Assembly (NCBI GenBank): GCA_950097015.1
Contig: CATNEN010000007.1
Coordinates: forward strand, 9,052,001-9,116,000
DNA: 64,000 nucleotides
Direction of reading: 5' to 3'
Source of the DNA: Macrostomum hystrix
Lineage: Eukaryota; Animalia; Platyhelminthes
The notes beneath the pieces were generated by a model that did not search any database, was not told where the DNA came from, and worked only from the letters and a program-made list of their open reading frames with translations. Of the stretch, positions 1-11,094 are shown piece after piece (positions within the stretch are counted from its first letter, which is position 1; each line of letters begins with the position of its first letter). A program made the translations under genes and the position numbers.

Positions 1-230
1 ATTACGAAGCATTTTTAAACCGTTTTTATAAAGTCATAGTCGCTAATTAGTTTAAAAGCCAACAATCCCACAAGCTCGTAAATTATCCCACGACTGTTTA
101 CCGAGCAGTTTCAGTAGAGCTTTGCCGCACATGATAATTATTTCTATTTATTAGAGCAAAAGTTCTCCACTTTAGCTGTAACATAAGAAATGAGAAAACA
201 AGTAAATGCATTAAACCTGTCGCTTTGCAG

Positions 231-3200
231 AATGCTTCGAGAGCAGAAGCTCCGATCACACAGCGCCTGCAGCCAAGTCGAGTGCATCAAGGATCAGCTG
301 GAGCAGCATCCAAATCCGCTACCGCTGCGTCTCCAGTTCTCAGTCGCCTTAACAGTCAGATGAGAGCCTTGCTGGATGCCATTGATCTCATTGAGAGGGA
401 AGAGGAGAGATTCGACCACGGGTTTCCGCTGCCAGAAGTTGTTGTGGTCGGCGATCAGTCTGATGGAAAATCTACGTTGCTGGAAGCCATCTCAGGCGTG
501 CAGCTACCCAAAGGAAGTGGAATTTGCACGCGATGTCCAATCAAGCTCTGCATTCGAGCTTCCGAGGCTGAATCGGCGTCAATCGCGTGAGGACCTCAGA
601 GTTGCATTGGTTGCTTGAAAGCAAAGCGAATAGTGAAATGCTTGCTATATCAATAGCTTTTCGTCACAAGTTGCATTTAAAATAAACTTCCCTGTAAATT
701 ATACTGTATGGGGTCTTTATCCACTATTGCATCTCTTAGGGACTCAGAAGGACGCAGAAAACGTTTTTCTAACACATGTCGAGGAGTCATTAAATTTTGA
801 TGGATGAAAAAACAAGAATACGCTTGTCGAATTTCACTCTCGATGACATAAACCGCTGCGGTTTTTTTCAAAAAATAATTTTTATAATTCTAAAGGCTCC
901 CAGGAAAAACTGGGAAGGAAGTAGTGGAAAGCCTCTCGGAGCTAGAAGGTCGTCTCCGTCGCGCACAAGAGGCTCTCTCTGGCGAGAAGAAATTCTCACG
1001 GGAACCGATTATCGTTGAAGTCCACGGCCCGAATCTGCCAAATTTGTCAGTGGTCGACCTTCCGGGAATTAATCGGTAAGTTACATTGAGACTCAGACTG
1101 CTCTAACAGTTGGGCAGGCACATTTCATGGTCTGGCCTACAGTTCTAAGTTAGGCGTAAAAAATAGCCATTGAAATGAACAGGAAAACTGAGCAGACCGA
1201 AGAAGAGATAGTCAGCCTTATCGACGAATGGATCGCCCGAGAGGAGACCATCATTCTCGTCGTTGCGAAGGCAACCAATGATATCGCGTCCTCTAAAGGC
1301 TATCAGATGGCCCGGAAAGTGGATCCTGAGAAAAAGCGGACGCACCTGGTGATGACGAACTGCGATGGATCGTTAGTCAATAAGGAAGACGACATCAAAG
1401 CACTTTTCAAAGAAGGGGACAGAACCCTTTTTGCAGTTAATTGCTTTCGCCCGAAGAACTCAACAGTGAGTAGTGAGCAACTCATTGAGCAAGAGGCCAG
1501 ATTCTTTGCGCAGCATGAACTGTTTAAGCATTTCCCAAGGAATACTGGAACAGCAAACTTGGTCAAATCGTTGGAGGACATGTTGTGTGAAAAAATTGCG
1601 CCATATCGACAAAAAATTATGGCTTACGCGGCGGTAAGTAATTTTAATTTCAATTCAAGTTTTAGAAAAAGATTCGCCGAGTGTAAAGGAGCATAATTAA
1701 TTTTAGAATAAAGTGAAACAGCTCGAAACTGAGCTGACACAGCAAGAGTCCTTGAAGGAGCGCATTATGAGCGCAGCCGACTCTTGCATCTTTAAGATTC
1801 GCCAAGAATTTCTGGAGCAGGTGACTGGCTCGGACCGGCGCCGGCCGAACTCACTCTACCACCGGTGCGAACAAGTTTGGATCACATTTGGAAATCAGAT
1901 CAGGAAAAAGTCGGAAGATCTACGTAATAATTGTGAGTACTCGTTGTATTCGTATTCTCTGTTTCATTATCTCTGCGTTTCGATTTCGTTGTGAGTGCAT
2001 TTATCACAATTTGATTACCACAAAGTAGTTTCTGCGAAGCCGACTTCCAAGTATTTTGATTCGTATCGTACTCAGCAGCTAGGGCTGCGGCTGATGAGTG
2101 TGAGTTCCCCCTTATTATGGGCTGCCAATCCGGTAGATTAAGATTGCTTCCGAACCAGAAAGGTCTGATTGTGGCACTTTTGCACGTATTTTTGTAATTA
2201 CTTTTGCAAGCTCACTCCCCGATTTGAAATGGTGTGGACATGACAAGCTAGAAGTTAAAAGCTTATAATAAATTTGAATTCAGCAGCAGTGACTTAGAAT
2301 GGCTTTCTTTGGCACGAGAATGGGGACCTATTTTACTACTTGTAAAGCATAGTTAAAATCACCCTACGATGCAGTATGAATACTTGCATTATTATTACTC
2401 TAAACATTCACTTCAGTGCCAAACAAAATTCAAGAAGAAAATGAGCAGCAGAAGGGACGAGAGCCAGAACAACTGATCAACTATTTTCCGGTGATGGAGA
2501 GAATCATCGCCCAACTCGTTGAATCATTCGAGCCCGAGGTTGATCGAATTATCAGCGAAACACAACAGCTTGTCCATGAAGCCCTCGTCGAAATTTTAAT
2601 AAAACATATGCAGAAGAGTGAGACACTAAAACTATTGGCTGAAATTGAATCTAAAATAACAATTTTCGTGAACAACGAACTGATGCGATTTCAAGATGAG
2701 TCTCGAGAACTAATCGTCAGGGAACTCAAGAAGCAGAAGATCGTCTTTTATAGTAGTCCAAAGATCTATGCTCTTGTCAGGTGTGAAATACAATTCATAA
2801 ATTGTGCAAAAAAATTAACTTTTTTTATTATTGAGAGGAGTTTAGGAATACAATTACAGAAAAAACATGCTTAACATTCTTACTCGTATGCATTACGCTC
2901 ATTTACTATTTTCTAGAGCCAAATTCAATGAACTGCCAAGTGGTATCGACATGAGCCAACTAACGCAGCCGCGGAAGCCGCCGATGGACCGTTCTAACCG
3001 TGGCGCACCAGCTTCAGATGGCGCTGAAAATGAACAAGAACAGGAACTGGAACGGGAACAATCAGCGAACGAGCATATTCAGCGAACTGCTGCTGAGAAT
3101 GGCACAGCTGCTGATGTTGATGCAACCACAGGCTTGAAATCTACACCAAAAGTAGAATTCTCATGGAAAAATCTAGTCTCGTGGTTGGCAAGCTTCGCTA

Positions 3201-3640
3201 CGGAGTATTTGAAAATGAGTGGAACTTTTGGCGGTTTAGCTACCCCTGACGTTCTTTCGAAATTCGCAGAACAGTATGGAATCCCATTGTGGTTGGCGAA
3301 AGTCGCGCTGACCTTTCTGCAAATGAAGGCTGCAGCCGCCGACTCGACGGATTCCGAGGATCGCGACTTTCAGAAATGGGTAGACGATCACAGCGTGTTC
3401 TGTCTCACCTACGTCTACATTGACGTGGTCTGCGATCGCACCGCCGATGCAATTCCTATGGCCATTGCCTACTTCTTCAATCAGCGGCTCGAAACTGATA
3501 TTTGTCATCTTATACCCCAGATCAGGGACAGCGAAGTAGAACAATTATTTGAAAAAATTGACATGCAGCGAATGAAAGAGATTCAGCAGGATCGCCTGGA
3601 GAGCTGGAACGAGATCAAAAAGCGGTTGATGGTGCTATAA
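231..3640 (+). CDS. Mx-like dynamin-family large GTPase (6 exons; true start uncertain)
   Basis: Phase-consistent exons ~231-586, 896-1075, 1183-1633, 1707-1932, 2417-2780, 2917-3640. G1 VVVVGDQSDGKS, G2 LPKGSGICTRCP, G3 VVDLPG, G4-like TNCD. Middle-domain KGREPEQLINY resembles Mx RGRELPGFVNY. C-terminal GED-like helix ADAIPMAIAYFF. No PH domain or proline-rich domain. Confidence 0.85.
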
Positions 3641-4002
3641 ACTTGCTGATATTCTAGCCAGCAGTTTCACAAGGCATCTGCTGGAAAATTCTCTGCACTT
3701 TGGCTGACATTCAAACATAACTGTAATCGTAAGGCTATCAGACTAGAGACTTCTTGACCTTTAAAAAAATTGTTTTTTTCTACTTTAGAAAACTATACTA
3801 AACTCTGTTTTCTAATTGAGAATGTATTTTCTATACATTGCCTTTTATAACTACGAACTATGATTTGCTAACACTGTACTAAAAGCGAACTGAATTTCAC
3901 ATTATTAATGTAATTTTCTGCTTAGAGAATTTTATCCAAGTCGTTCTCAAAACTGAAGTGACATTATACTTAACCATACTACATACTTTTGTAGGAAACT
4001 GA

Positions 4003-4147
4003 ACCCATTTGTGCCCCTAAGCAAGATACTTGACACTTGATAGCTTCAGTTTACTCAGCTGTAATATGGCTGCCAGTTGCACCAGGCTAGTTAAAGGTGG
4101 CTGTGGCATCCTCCCAGTCCATGGACTGAATAACTGTACGCAGCTTA
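4003..4147 (+). mobile_element. 5'-truncated copy of SINE family B (CORE-like)
   Basis: Shares GCAAGATACT...CAGCTGTAATATGG...GGTGGCTGTGGCATCCTCCCAGTCCATGGAC...CGCAGC with 14942-15160. Confidence 0.65.
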
Positions 4148-4817
4148 GTTTGCACCGAAAATGAATTCTATGCGTGTCACTTTTATGCGTAAAACTCTCG
4201 TTGCTTGTTTAACAAAAACTGTCCGTTTTTTTAGATTTTTTCTAATAATAAATATGCGAGCTACTCCTGAAGAGAATATTATCCGATTCCATATATGGAA
4301 ATGATCAATAAAAAATAATAAATGAAAGAAGTGTATCGAGTTCTATAATCGCATGCAATCCAGTTATCTGATTTTCGCACATTTTTTGGCAAAATTTTCC
4401 AAATTTTTCTCGAGGGGTTGGCCCTCGAGCAGAAACGCACTCAGATCTTTAGGCCTCACGCTAATGTGGGAGAAATCAGAAGGCGCAGTGAGTAAGCACT
4501 GAAAATCCACCCAGAACATACCGACTCAGGCCGCAGCTCACTTAGGGGAGCCCCGAACAGATAAACCCAGTATCGATAGATACGGCAACAATATCGGATA
4601 GCGACAAAGGCTTTACGACCTCCAACAATGGGTATTGCAGCCAAAGTTTTATAATGGCCGAATGTCGAGTTCCCAGGGTTGCCGCCTGACGACACCTGCT
4701 GCTGCGCCGCCCGCCCTCCATGGGGATAAAAAGCATGTTTGCGCATGCCGATCCGCTCTGTTGAATAACATTCGGCTTTCTGTCCTTACTCCGAGTCCTT
4801 TCCACTCGTAGCCAGTC

Positions 4818-5785
4818 ATGAAGTTTCTAGTGCTCATCGCCTGCCTGAGCGTTGCCAACGCCTACGACAGGCTCATCATCGACGGTCAGGAGGCCCCGAC
4901 CGGCCGCTACCCCGACCTGGTCAGTCTGCAGCGCAACGGCAACCATTTCTGTGGCGGAACCCTGGTGGACAAGCGCACCGTTGTCACCGCCGCTCACTGC
5001 TTCTTCGGCAACACCGGAACCGCTGGACTGGCCGTTGTGGCCGGTGAGAACGATCTGACTCTGCTCAACAGCGCCAACAGGCGCTCCTACGGCGTTAGCC
5101 GCGTCATCGTGCACCCGTCCTACACTAGCTCCTACCACTACATCGAGGGTGACGACGTCGCCATCCTGAAGCTGAGCTCCGATGCTCACATCGGCGCTGC
5201 CACCATCAATGCCGTTGACTTGGAAGATGCCGTAAGTTGACCCTAATGAGTAGTCCTAATTGACCCAATACTGTAAACCGATGTTCACTGATGTACAGCC
5301 CTAACCAATCAAATCATATCATGCAGGACACTTTCAGGCTAATCCTGTCACAGCCTCGCTAGAAAAGTTTTTTAAATAAATTCTTTGCAACTTTTCCTTC
5401 CTCTGACCTCTTTGCTCAGGGTGCCAACATCCCGCCCTCCGGCAGCAGCTGCAACGTTGCCGGCTGGGGAGCCATCGACCCGTCTGGCAGGTACGCCCAC
5501 ACCCGCAAGATGATTGGCAGCGTCCGCTCCATCACCAACGACGTCTGCGGCCGCGTCTTCAACCGCGTGCTGGGCAACACCAAGCAGGTTTGCGCCGGCG
5601 GTGACACCACCACCAACGCTTGCCGCGGTGACTCTGGCGGCCCGCTGTACTGCACCTACAACGGCAAGACCAAGCAGGTCGGTATCGTGTCCTACGGCCG
5701 CGTGCCCTGCGGCCAGGTCGGCATCCCCACCGTGTACACCCGGGTGGCCACCTACAGGAACTTCATCAACCAGTACTCTGGTTAA
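4818..5785 (+). CDS. Secreted S1A (chymotrypsin-fold) serine protease, 2 exons (4818-5231, 5420-5785)
   Basis: Signal peptide MKFLVLIACLSVANA; mature N-terminus IIDG; HFCGG; catalytic triad motifs TAAHC, DDVAIL, GDSGGP; phase-0 GT-AG intron. Confidence 0.95.
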
Positions 5786-6039
5786 GCTCCAGCTATCACG
5801 GATAGCGGAAGCAAAATCAGTTCTAGTATCTGCCTACTGCAGTTCTATGTTTGAGGAGGTGTTACTCATAACGCTAAATATACTGTGAATTTGAGGTGAT
5901 CCTACTGTCAGTCAAAATTAGACTTACCTAATTTGGCTCGTAATTGTCAAGAGTTTTTCTAATTGCGATCGATAGAAGACAGAAATTACGCCTAACACAT
6001 CTTGGCCAGGTGTACAACTTTTTAGTCCATTGTTTATGT

Positions 6040-6195
6040 GGGCCGCTATTCCCACCCGAATTTCTACCCCCATGCACTGCTGGTGCCCATTTCGCAGCTG
6101 GGTGAACTCCAGCAATTTAGTGTCTTGCTCAAGCACACAAATTGCTCCCTTCGGTGAGATTTGTTGACTTTTGGCCCAGAGGTGGGCAATAGAAT
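6040..6195 (-). mobile_element. SINE family B copy
   Basis: Reverse complement reads GTGTGCTTGAGCAAGACACT...GTTCACCCAGCTGCGAAATGGGCACCAGCA, matching the core of 14942-15160. Confidence 0.6.
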
Positions 6196-6220
6196 CTCAG
6201 CCCTAGGGAAACAACTGTAC

Positions 6221-6304
6221 GAGGGCCAAACCTCAAGCCACAGTGTAAACTGCCTGACGATTAGTAAGGCACGGCAGATGAACACACCTGTGTGAGTGTG
6301 CGTG
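6221..6304 (+). mobile_element. 5'-truncated copy of SINE family A
   Basis: GAGGGCCAAACCTC...GTGTAAACTGCCTGACGA...GGCAGATGAACACACCTGTGTGAG matches the reverse complement of 55366-55455. Confidence 0.6.
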
Positions 6305-7794
6305 TTAATTCATAGAATTTAAAACAACCTTAAACAACCTAAAATGCCGGCTCTATTAAGTGACTACAGAAGTGGATACCTTGCTTTGGTGGTCATTGGA
6401 TCAGGATCAATCCTATCCTTTCGATCTTACTTGTATTACTCACAGTAGGTTAACCTACTACCAACTGGAATGACTAACATGGAGCTTGTGCGTTGTCAGT
6501 TCGCATGGCTCGGGGACGTCATTGGCTAGCATTCACTACGTGCGGTGGAGAACGCCCGATAGCATGAGCCGCGCGTGCTTATCGCGCTTGAATTCGACGA
6601 ACGAGCTCAGACAGCTCGGATTCAGTCGATCTGGCGCTTGGCCTTATCATAGAGCTCTCAGACCCTATAATAGGCTGACGTTTGCCCTGCATACACTGGG
6701 CAGATAGGAAACTTTGATGCTCTAGTTCAAAGAATTCTAGATTGCCTAGAATATAGAAAGTTTGTGTGTCTAACTGTTTTATCTAATGCTAAGGCAGATG
6801 AGCTGAGCTTAAAAAATGGAGAAAGGCAAAGATTTTTTTCCAGACACAAATTCGAAAGTTGCAATTCTTAAAGCATTCCTTACTGTTCGCTGTTGAAAAT
6901 TTTATTAAGTTCATTCCATAGGTCACGGAGATTTTCTACAAGTTAAGCGATATTGCGTTACCATGGGACCACTAATAAAATTTTTCTGCATCAAAACTTT
7001 TTGACTTAAAAAAGAATCAAACAAAAATAAATAGATAGAAAATAGGATGCACGAAACGGAAGTTGTCAGAGTTAGTCAGCCTTTCGGGGTTCCGGAGCAT
7101 GGGGGTAAGGCTGGTAGTTGTCCGTTCAGTTTCTAGATTCTGGGTTCCAATGCCGGAATCTCAGGGTTCATTGCTGTCTTGTTGAATTTGTGGCTGCTCC
7201 AATAAGCTATGGAAGGCTTGCAGAAAATTCTTGTCATTTGAGCTCCCTCGCCGTGGGAAATTTGCACCTAGAACTGAAACTAATTATCTCAGCCACTCAT
7301 ATTTCCGCAGTCATATTGGCAAAAACAAACAAGACGCTACCAACAGCTAAGCTTGCCACGTTGTTGAGGAGAAAGGCTTGAGAGCTCGACACAACTGGGC
7401 AGACAGAACGAGAGGCCAGGAGGAGAAATAAGATACAAAAGGAAAAGGAAGATGGCACACTGACAAAAGGGACGGCTGGCCCACGAACCATCCGAACTCA
7501 AACGCACAATAGAGAAAGCTCTTGCCTGGCCCGCGCTTCTGCACTCGCCCGAAATTCCTGAGGTTCTTGCGCGGCTGCGCACACTTGTGTGTACTGGTGG
7601 TGGAGGCAGGGCAACAACCCAACCAACCTAAGCTGAGCTCTTGTGAAAACATCTCTGGGCGTCTGTTTGCTCGCCCTGCAGTGTGTGCACCTCGAATTCT
7701 ATCTCATCTTAAAAAGACGCACCCAAAAAAGAAACACAACTAAGGACTTCGTAAAAGGCCAGTAAACAGAGCCGCAGCGTCTTGCAGAGCCGTC

Positions 7795-8943
7795 ATGACA
7801 TCCTCAATCCTGACGCCCAGCCAGAGTGGCATCATCGGCGAGGGCGGACGGAAGGTGCTGAAAACACGAGTTTATATTCTTGGTCGCTACCTGGTCGAGC
7901 CGGGTGAGGAACTAGGCTCCGAGCTGGCAGCTCGTCTCGCGGACCGGGCCAAATCGGGTAAGAGGCGTCTGCGCACTCATCTGACGCTGTTCAGCACCGG
8001 AGTTCGACTCGGTGAGCGCAACGCTTTCGCCTCCATGCCACTGGAGTTCATTAAGTACCAACGACTTTCGGATCTGGTCTCGCCAGCCAGATATCCCTCT
8101 GTGCTGGTGATGGGCGTGAAAGACTACAATCAGCGCTGTGCGACCGTTGTTCAGTTTAAGGACGATGTTTGCCTCCGGGTCGTGGTTGACGTAATTGACC
8201 GCCACCGGCGAAATTTGGATGACGACGTGGCGCGGATGTCAGATTTGCACAGCCTCAGCTCCACCTTGCGCCGCGGAGCTCCGCTACCTATAGAAGGTGG
8301 AGGGGGCGTCGTAGGCGGCGTTGGCGGTTCTGGCGGTGGCGCTGAAGTCGAGGGAAACTGGCGCCTAGCTGAGTCGAGGCCTGCGGATGCATCCCCATCA
8401 CCGGCTTCTCATTCAATGGTAGACGACGACTACGCCATCATCCGGAGGTCTAGAATGATGGCGTCCTTAGAGACCGAGGCGGCAGCCATCGAGGGAGCCA
8501 ATGATGTAGCGAAGCCAGTTCAGCAGCGCTGGGAGCAGTGGGATCTCTCTCATGACCAAAGAGGACAGCAGCAGCAGCGATATCAGAAAAAAAGTCAGCA
8601 TTCTCCAATACTGCAGGAGCAGGAGCAACAGCGACGCAGCTTGGCATCGGCAATTGAGACCCTTGACTTTGACGAGTTGGAGACGGCGGCAATTTTCGAA
8701 ACACCGGATGGGCCTCCGACGCTGCTTAACGAGCTCGTGCCGCGAGGTAATGCCGGTGGCACAAATGGAAGCGGTGGCCGACGAAGCAGCAGCAGCAAAA
8801 ACGCCGTCCGCTTTGCGGAACTTCCACCGGAATTTGTGGCCCGCGCTCGCGTCAACCGCAACTCGTCCACAACATCGAGCAGCAACAGCGGAAGGCCGGC
8901 GTCCACTGTCTGGGCGTCTCTGGACGATCGGCTGGGCGAGTGA
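7795..8943 (+). CDS. Intronless 382-aa protein; N-terminal ~120 aa possibly PTB/PH-like, C-terminus low complexity
   Basis: Long ORF with coding-like composition, preceded by TTGCAG and followed by ATTAAA. The pattern RVYILG...helix...LTLFSTGVRL...VLVMGV...VVQF+helix is reminiscent of a PTB fold (inference). Confidence 0.65.
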   Translation: MTSSILTPSQSGIIGEGGRKVLKTRVYILGRYLVEPGEELGSELAARLADRAKSGKRRLRTHLTLFSTGVRLGERNAFASMPLEFIKYQRLSDLVSPARYPSVLVMGVKDYNQRCATVVQFKDDVCLRVVVDVIDRHRRNLDDDVARMSDLHSLSSTLRRGAPLPIEGGGGVVGGVGGSGGGAEVEGNWRLAESRPADASPSPASHSMVDDDYAIIRRSRMMASLETEAAAIEGANDVAKPVQQRWEQWDLSHDQRGQQQQRYQKKSQHSPILQEQEQQRRSLASAIETLDFDELETAAIFETPDGPPTLLNELVPRGNAGGTNGSGGRRSSSSKNAVRFAELPPEFVARARVNRNSSTTSSSNSGRPASTVWASLDDRLGE

Positions 8944-9430
8944 GACCCAGAAGAAGCGATATAAATTAAAAATGAAACTTTTTAACTCCAAGCTTTCGTT
9001 TTTCTTCATCTGCTTAAATTCGTACATGCTTTAAATTTGTACTTATCCTAAACTTTTTACGCCGTTGTGTAGTTAATAGCCTCTTTAGTAGCCACAATCG
9101 AGTCTCGTGTCTCAGTTCACAGGATAAACTGTTGTTTAATTATAGTAGCAACAATAATATGTAACGATGTGCTTTCGTAAAAAGCTTCAGTATGCCTTAT
9201 GTAACCACATTAATTAGTTTGACTGTGACTCAAATATCCAACTGAGATTTATACAAAGGATATTACAAGATTCATTATTCATAGTAAAGCGCGCGATGGT
9301 GGATGGTACAGACTACATGAGTATCGGCAAATTTAAGTATTCGTTTGTGGAGAGTTTGGACGCATGGTTACCATGTTTAGGCATGCTCGGTGTCAAGAGC
9401 GGACCTCTCCTGTACTAACAGGCCTTTTTA

Positions 9431-9661
9431 TCAGGCCTTCGTGCCACCAGCTCCGAGACCCTCATCGGCCTGCTGTTTTTCCAGACAATTGTGATAATGG
9501 TTGTAGACGCAGCAAGCAATCACAGAGGCCAGCGCCACAGAAAGAATCACCATCAGCGTGATGATGGCAGCCTCGTCAAAGTAGCTGCAGGCCCAGTTGG
9601 TGACGGTACCATTGGTGTAGCATTGGTCCGGGCGGATCTCGCCCACCTGCGTGAATCCCAT
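9431..9661 (-). CDS. 76-aa single-pass membrane microprotein
   Basis: Cys pair and N-glycosylation sequon NGT, then TM AAIITLMVILSVALASVIA, juxtamembrane CC and a short tail. Polypyrimidine-CAG acceptor 10 nt upstream of the ATG; candidate upstream donor GTAAGT near 9949. Confidence 0.6.
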   Translation of the reverse strand: MGFTQVGEIRPDQCYTNGTVTNWACSYFDEAAIITLMVILSVALASVIACCVYNHYHNCLEKQQADEGLGAGGTKA

Positions 9662-11094
9662 TCAGCGTCGGCTGAGAGGGAGAGCGAGATAGAGAAAGGA
9701 TTGAGCCTTGTCTATTCGTCGAGCACTGACTAAACTTTCTTAATAAGGAGTAAATCATCAAAAGTTTTAGAGGCTTGTGTTCTCAAAGCTCCCATGCTTT
9801 TTCTGCTCTTCAAGAACGGGCTCAGTACTGCATCGCTCCAATTCCAGAAAGTCAGTTATTCGTTTTCACGGCTATTTGATCCTTGATAAAACATGTACAT
9901 TAATTTCTAACAGAAAATTAAAAAAGCAAACTAAACCGAAGTTACTTACGATCGGCGATGGCTGGCAGGAAAATAAATAATGCGAATGGATCAGAAAAGT
10001 AGCATGTAGTTAGTTCTTGCCATTGAGCAACGCCAGTATTTGTTCTGAAGTAAGCGCTCATCGGGCAGGGCGTTGCTGAGAACTGGTGGAGGACTGTAGC
10101 GGAAGCCCTAATCGACCTGAGCACATATTTGAGCACTCAAATTGGACAGAGAGAAAGAATAAAAAATTCAAAGCTAAAGCGAGCGAGAATGGCTCAAATC
10201 CATTTCAGATCCTATTCACTGCTGAGTACTGAGGCTTGATCGATACCACCGATACGAGAAAGACTTGGTCTATGCTGAGTTCCTGGTCTGGCCGCCCAAG
10301 TTATAAAGGCTCTGAAGGGCTTGCGTGCCAGAGGTTGGGGTGACAGGGGCTCATTGCGATAGATATAACGAATTCAGTACTAATGTCGAGAATATAAAAA
10401 CACCTCAAGAATGATTAAAGTCTAGAAAATACTTCAGTGAGTTTTTAAGACCATCTAACCATGGCCCGGCTGCGATTTCAGTCTATTTGCAGTCTGGTTT
10501 GACTTTTTAAGCTTCACTTGGTCCATGCCCTCATAACGAGTAACGTTACAGAGATAACAAGGTGTTACAACTACTTCCTGGAATGTAGTGCAGCATACGA
10601 GCAATGCTCCGGTATGTTTCTGTGAAAAATCCAAACCCAGTATGAAGTACTTATTTTTTTGACTTAAAGGTTTGTGCATTCAAACAAAAACTGTGAAACC
10701 AAACGCGACCAAAACTAATATTCCTTGATATTTTCAGTTTCGAAAAGGAAATTCAGTGTCATGATAAACTACGAGTACATGGGTTCTAATTCACAATCTT
10801 TCGTCTGACTTCCATAAATTTAGGATAGAAAAAATATTCATGCCTCTTAAATTTCTGAAAGTTTTTGCTTCTCTCAAAACCTGAAGCCAATAAATTAGCA
10901 GTATAATCAGCAACTAAAACATGCTGACTCTAAAAGCAACGCTAAGTGATAAAACTACTCGTGCCAGTGAATAACAATTTTTCGATGCATTATCCAGTTG
11001 AAAGGTGCCATCGATTAAAGCAGGCTTACTCTGACATTTTTTCTGACCAAATCAGTAACAAATCATTCAATATCCCAACGCTCCGATTGGAACA

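Noticed and set aside
4827-5189. Antisense ORFs over GC-rich exons (also at 8467, 17627, 27883, 50927, 62563)
   Set aside because: Shadow ORFs caused by codon bias of the real genes on the opposite strand.
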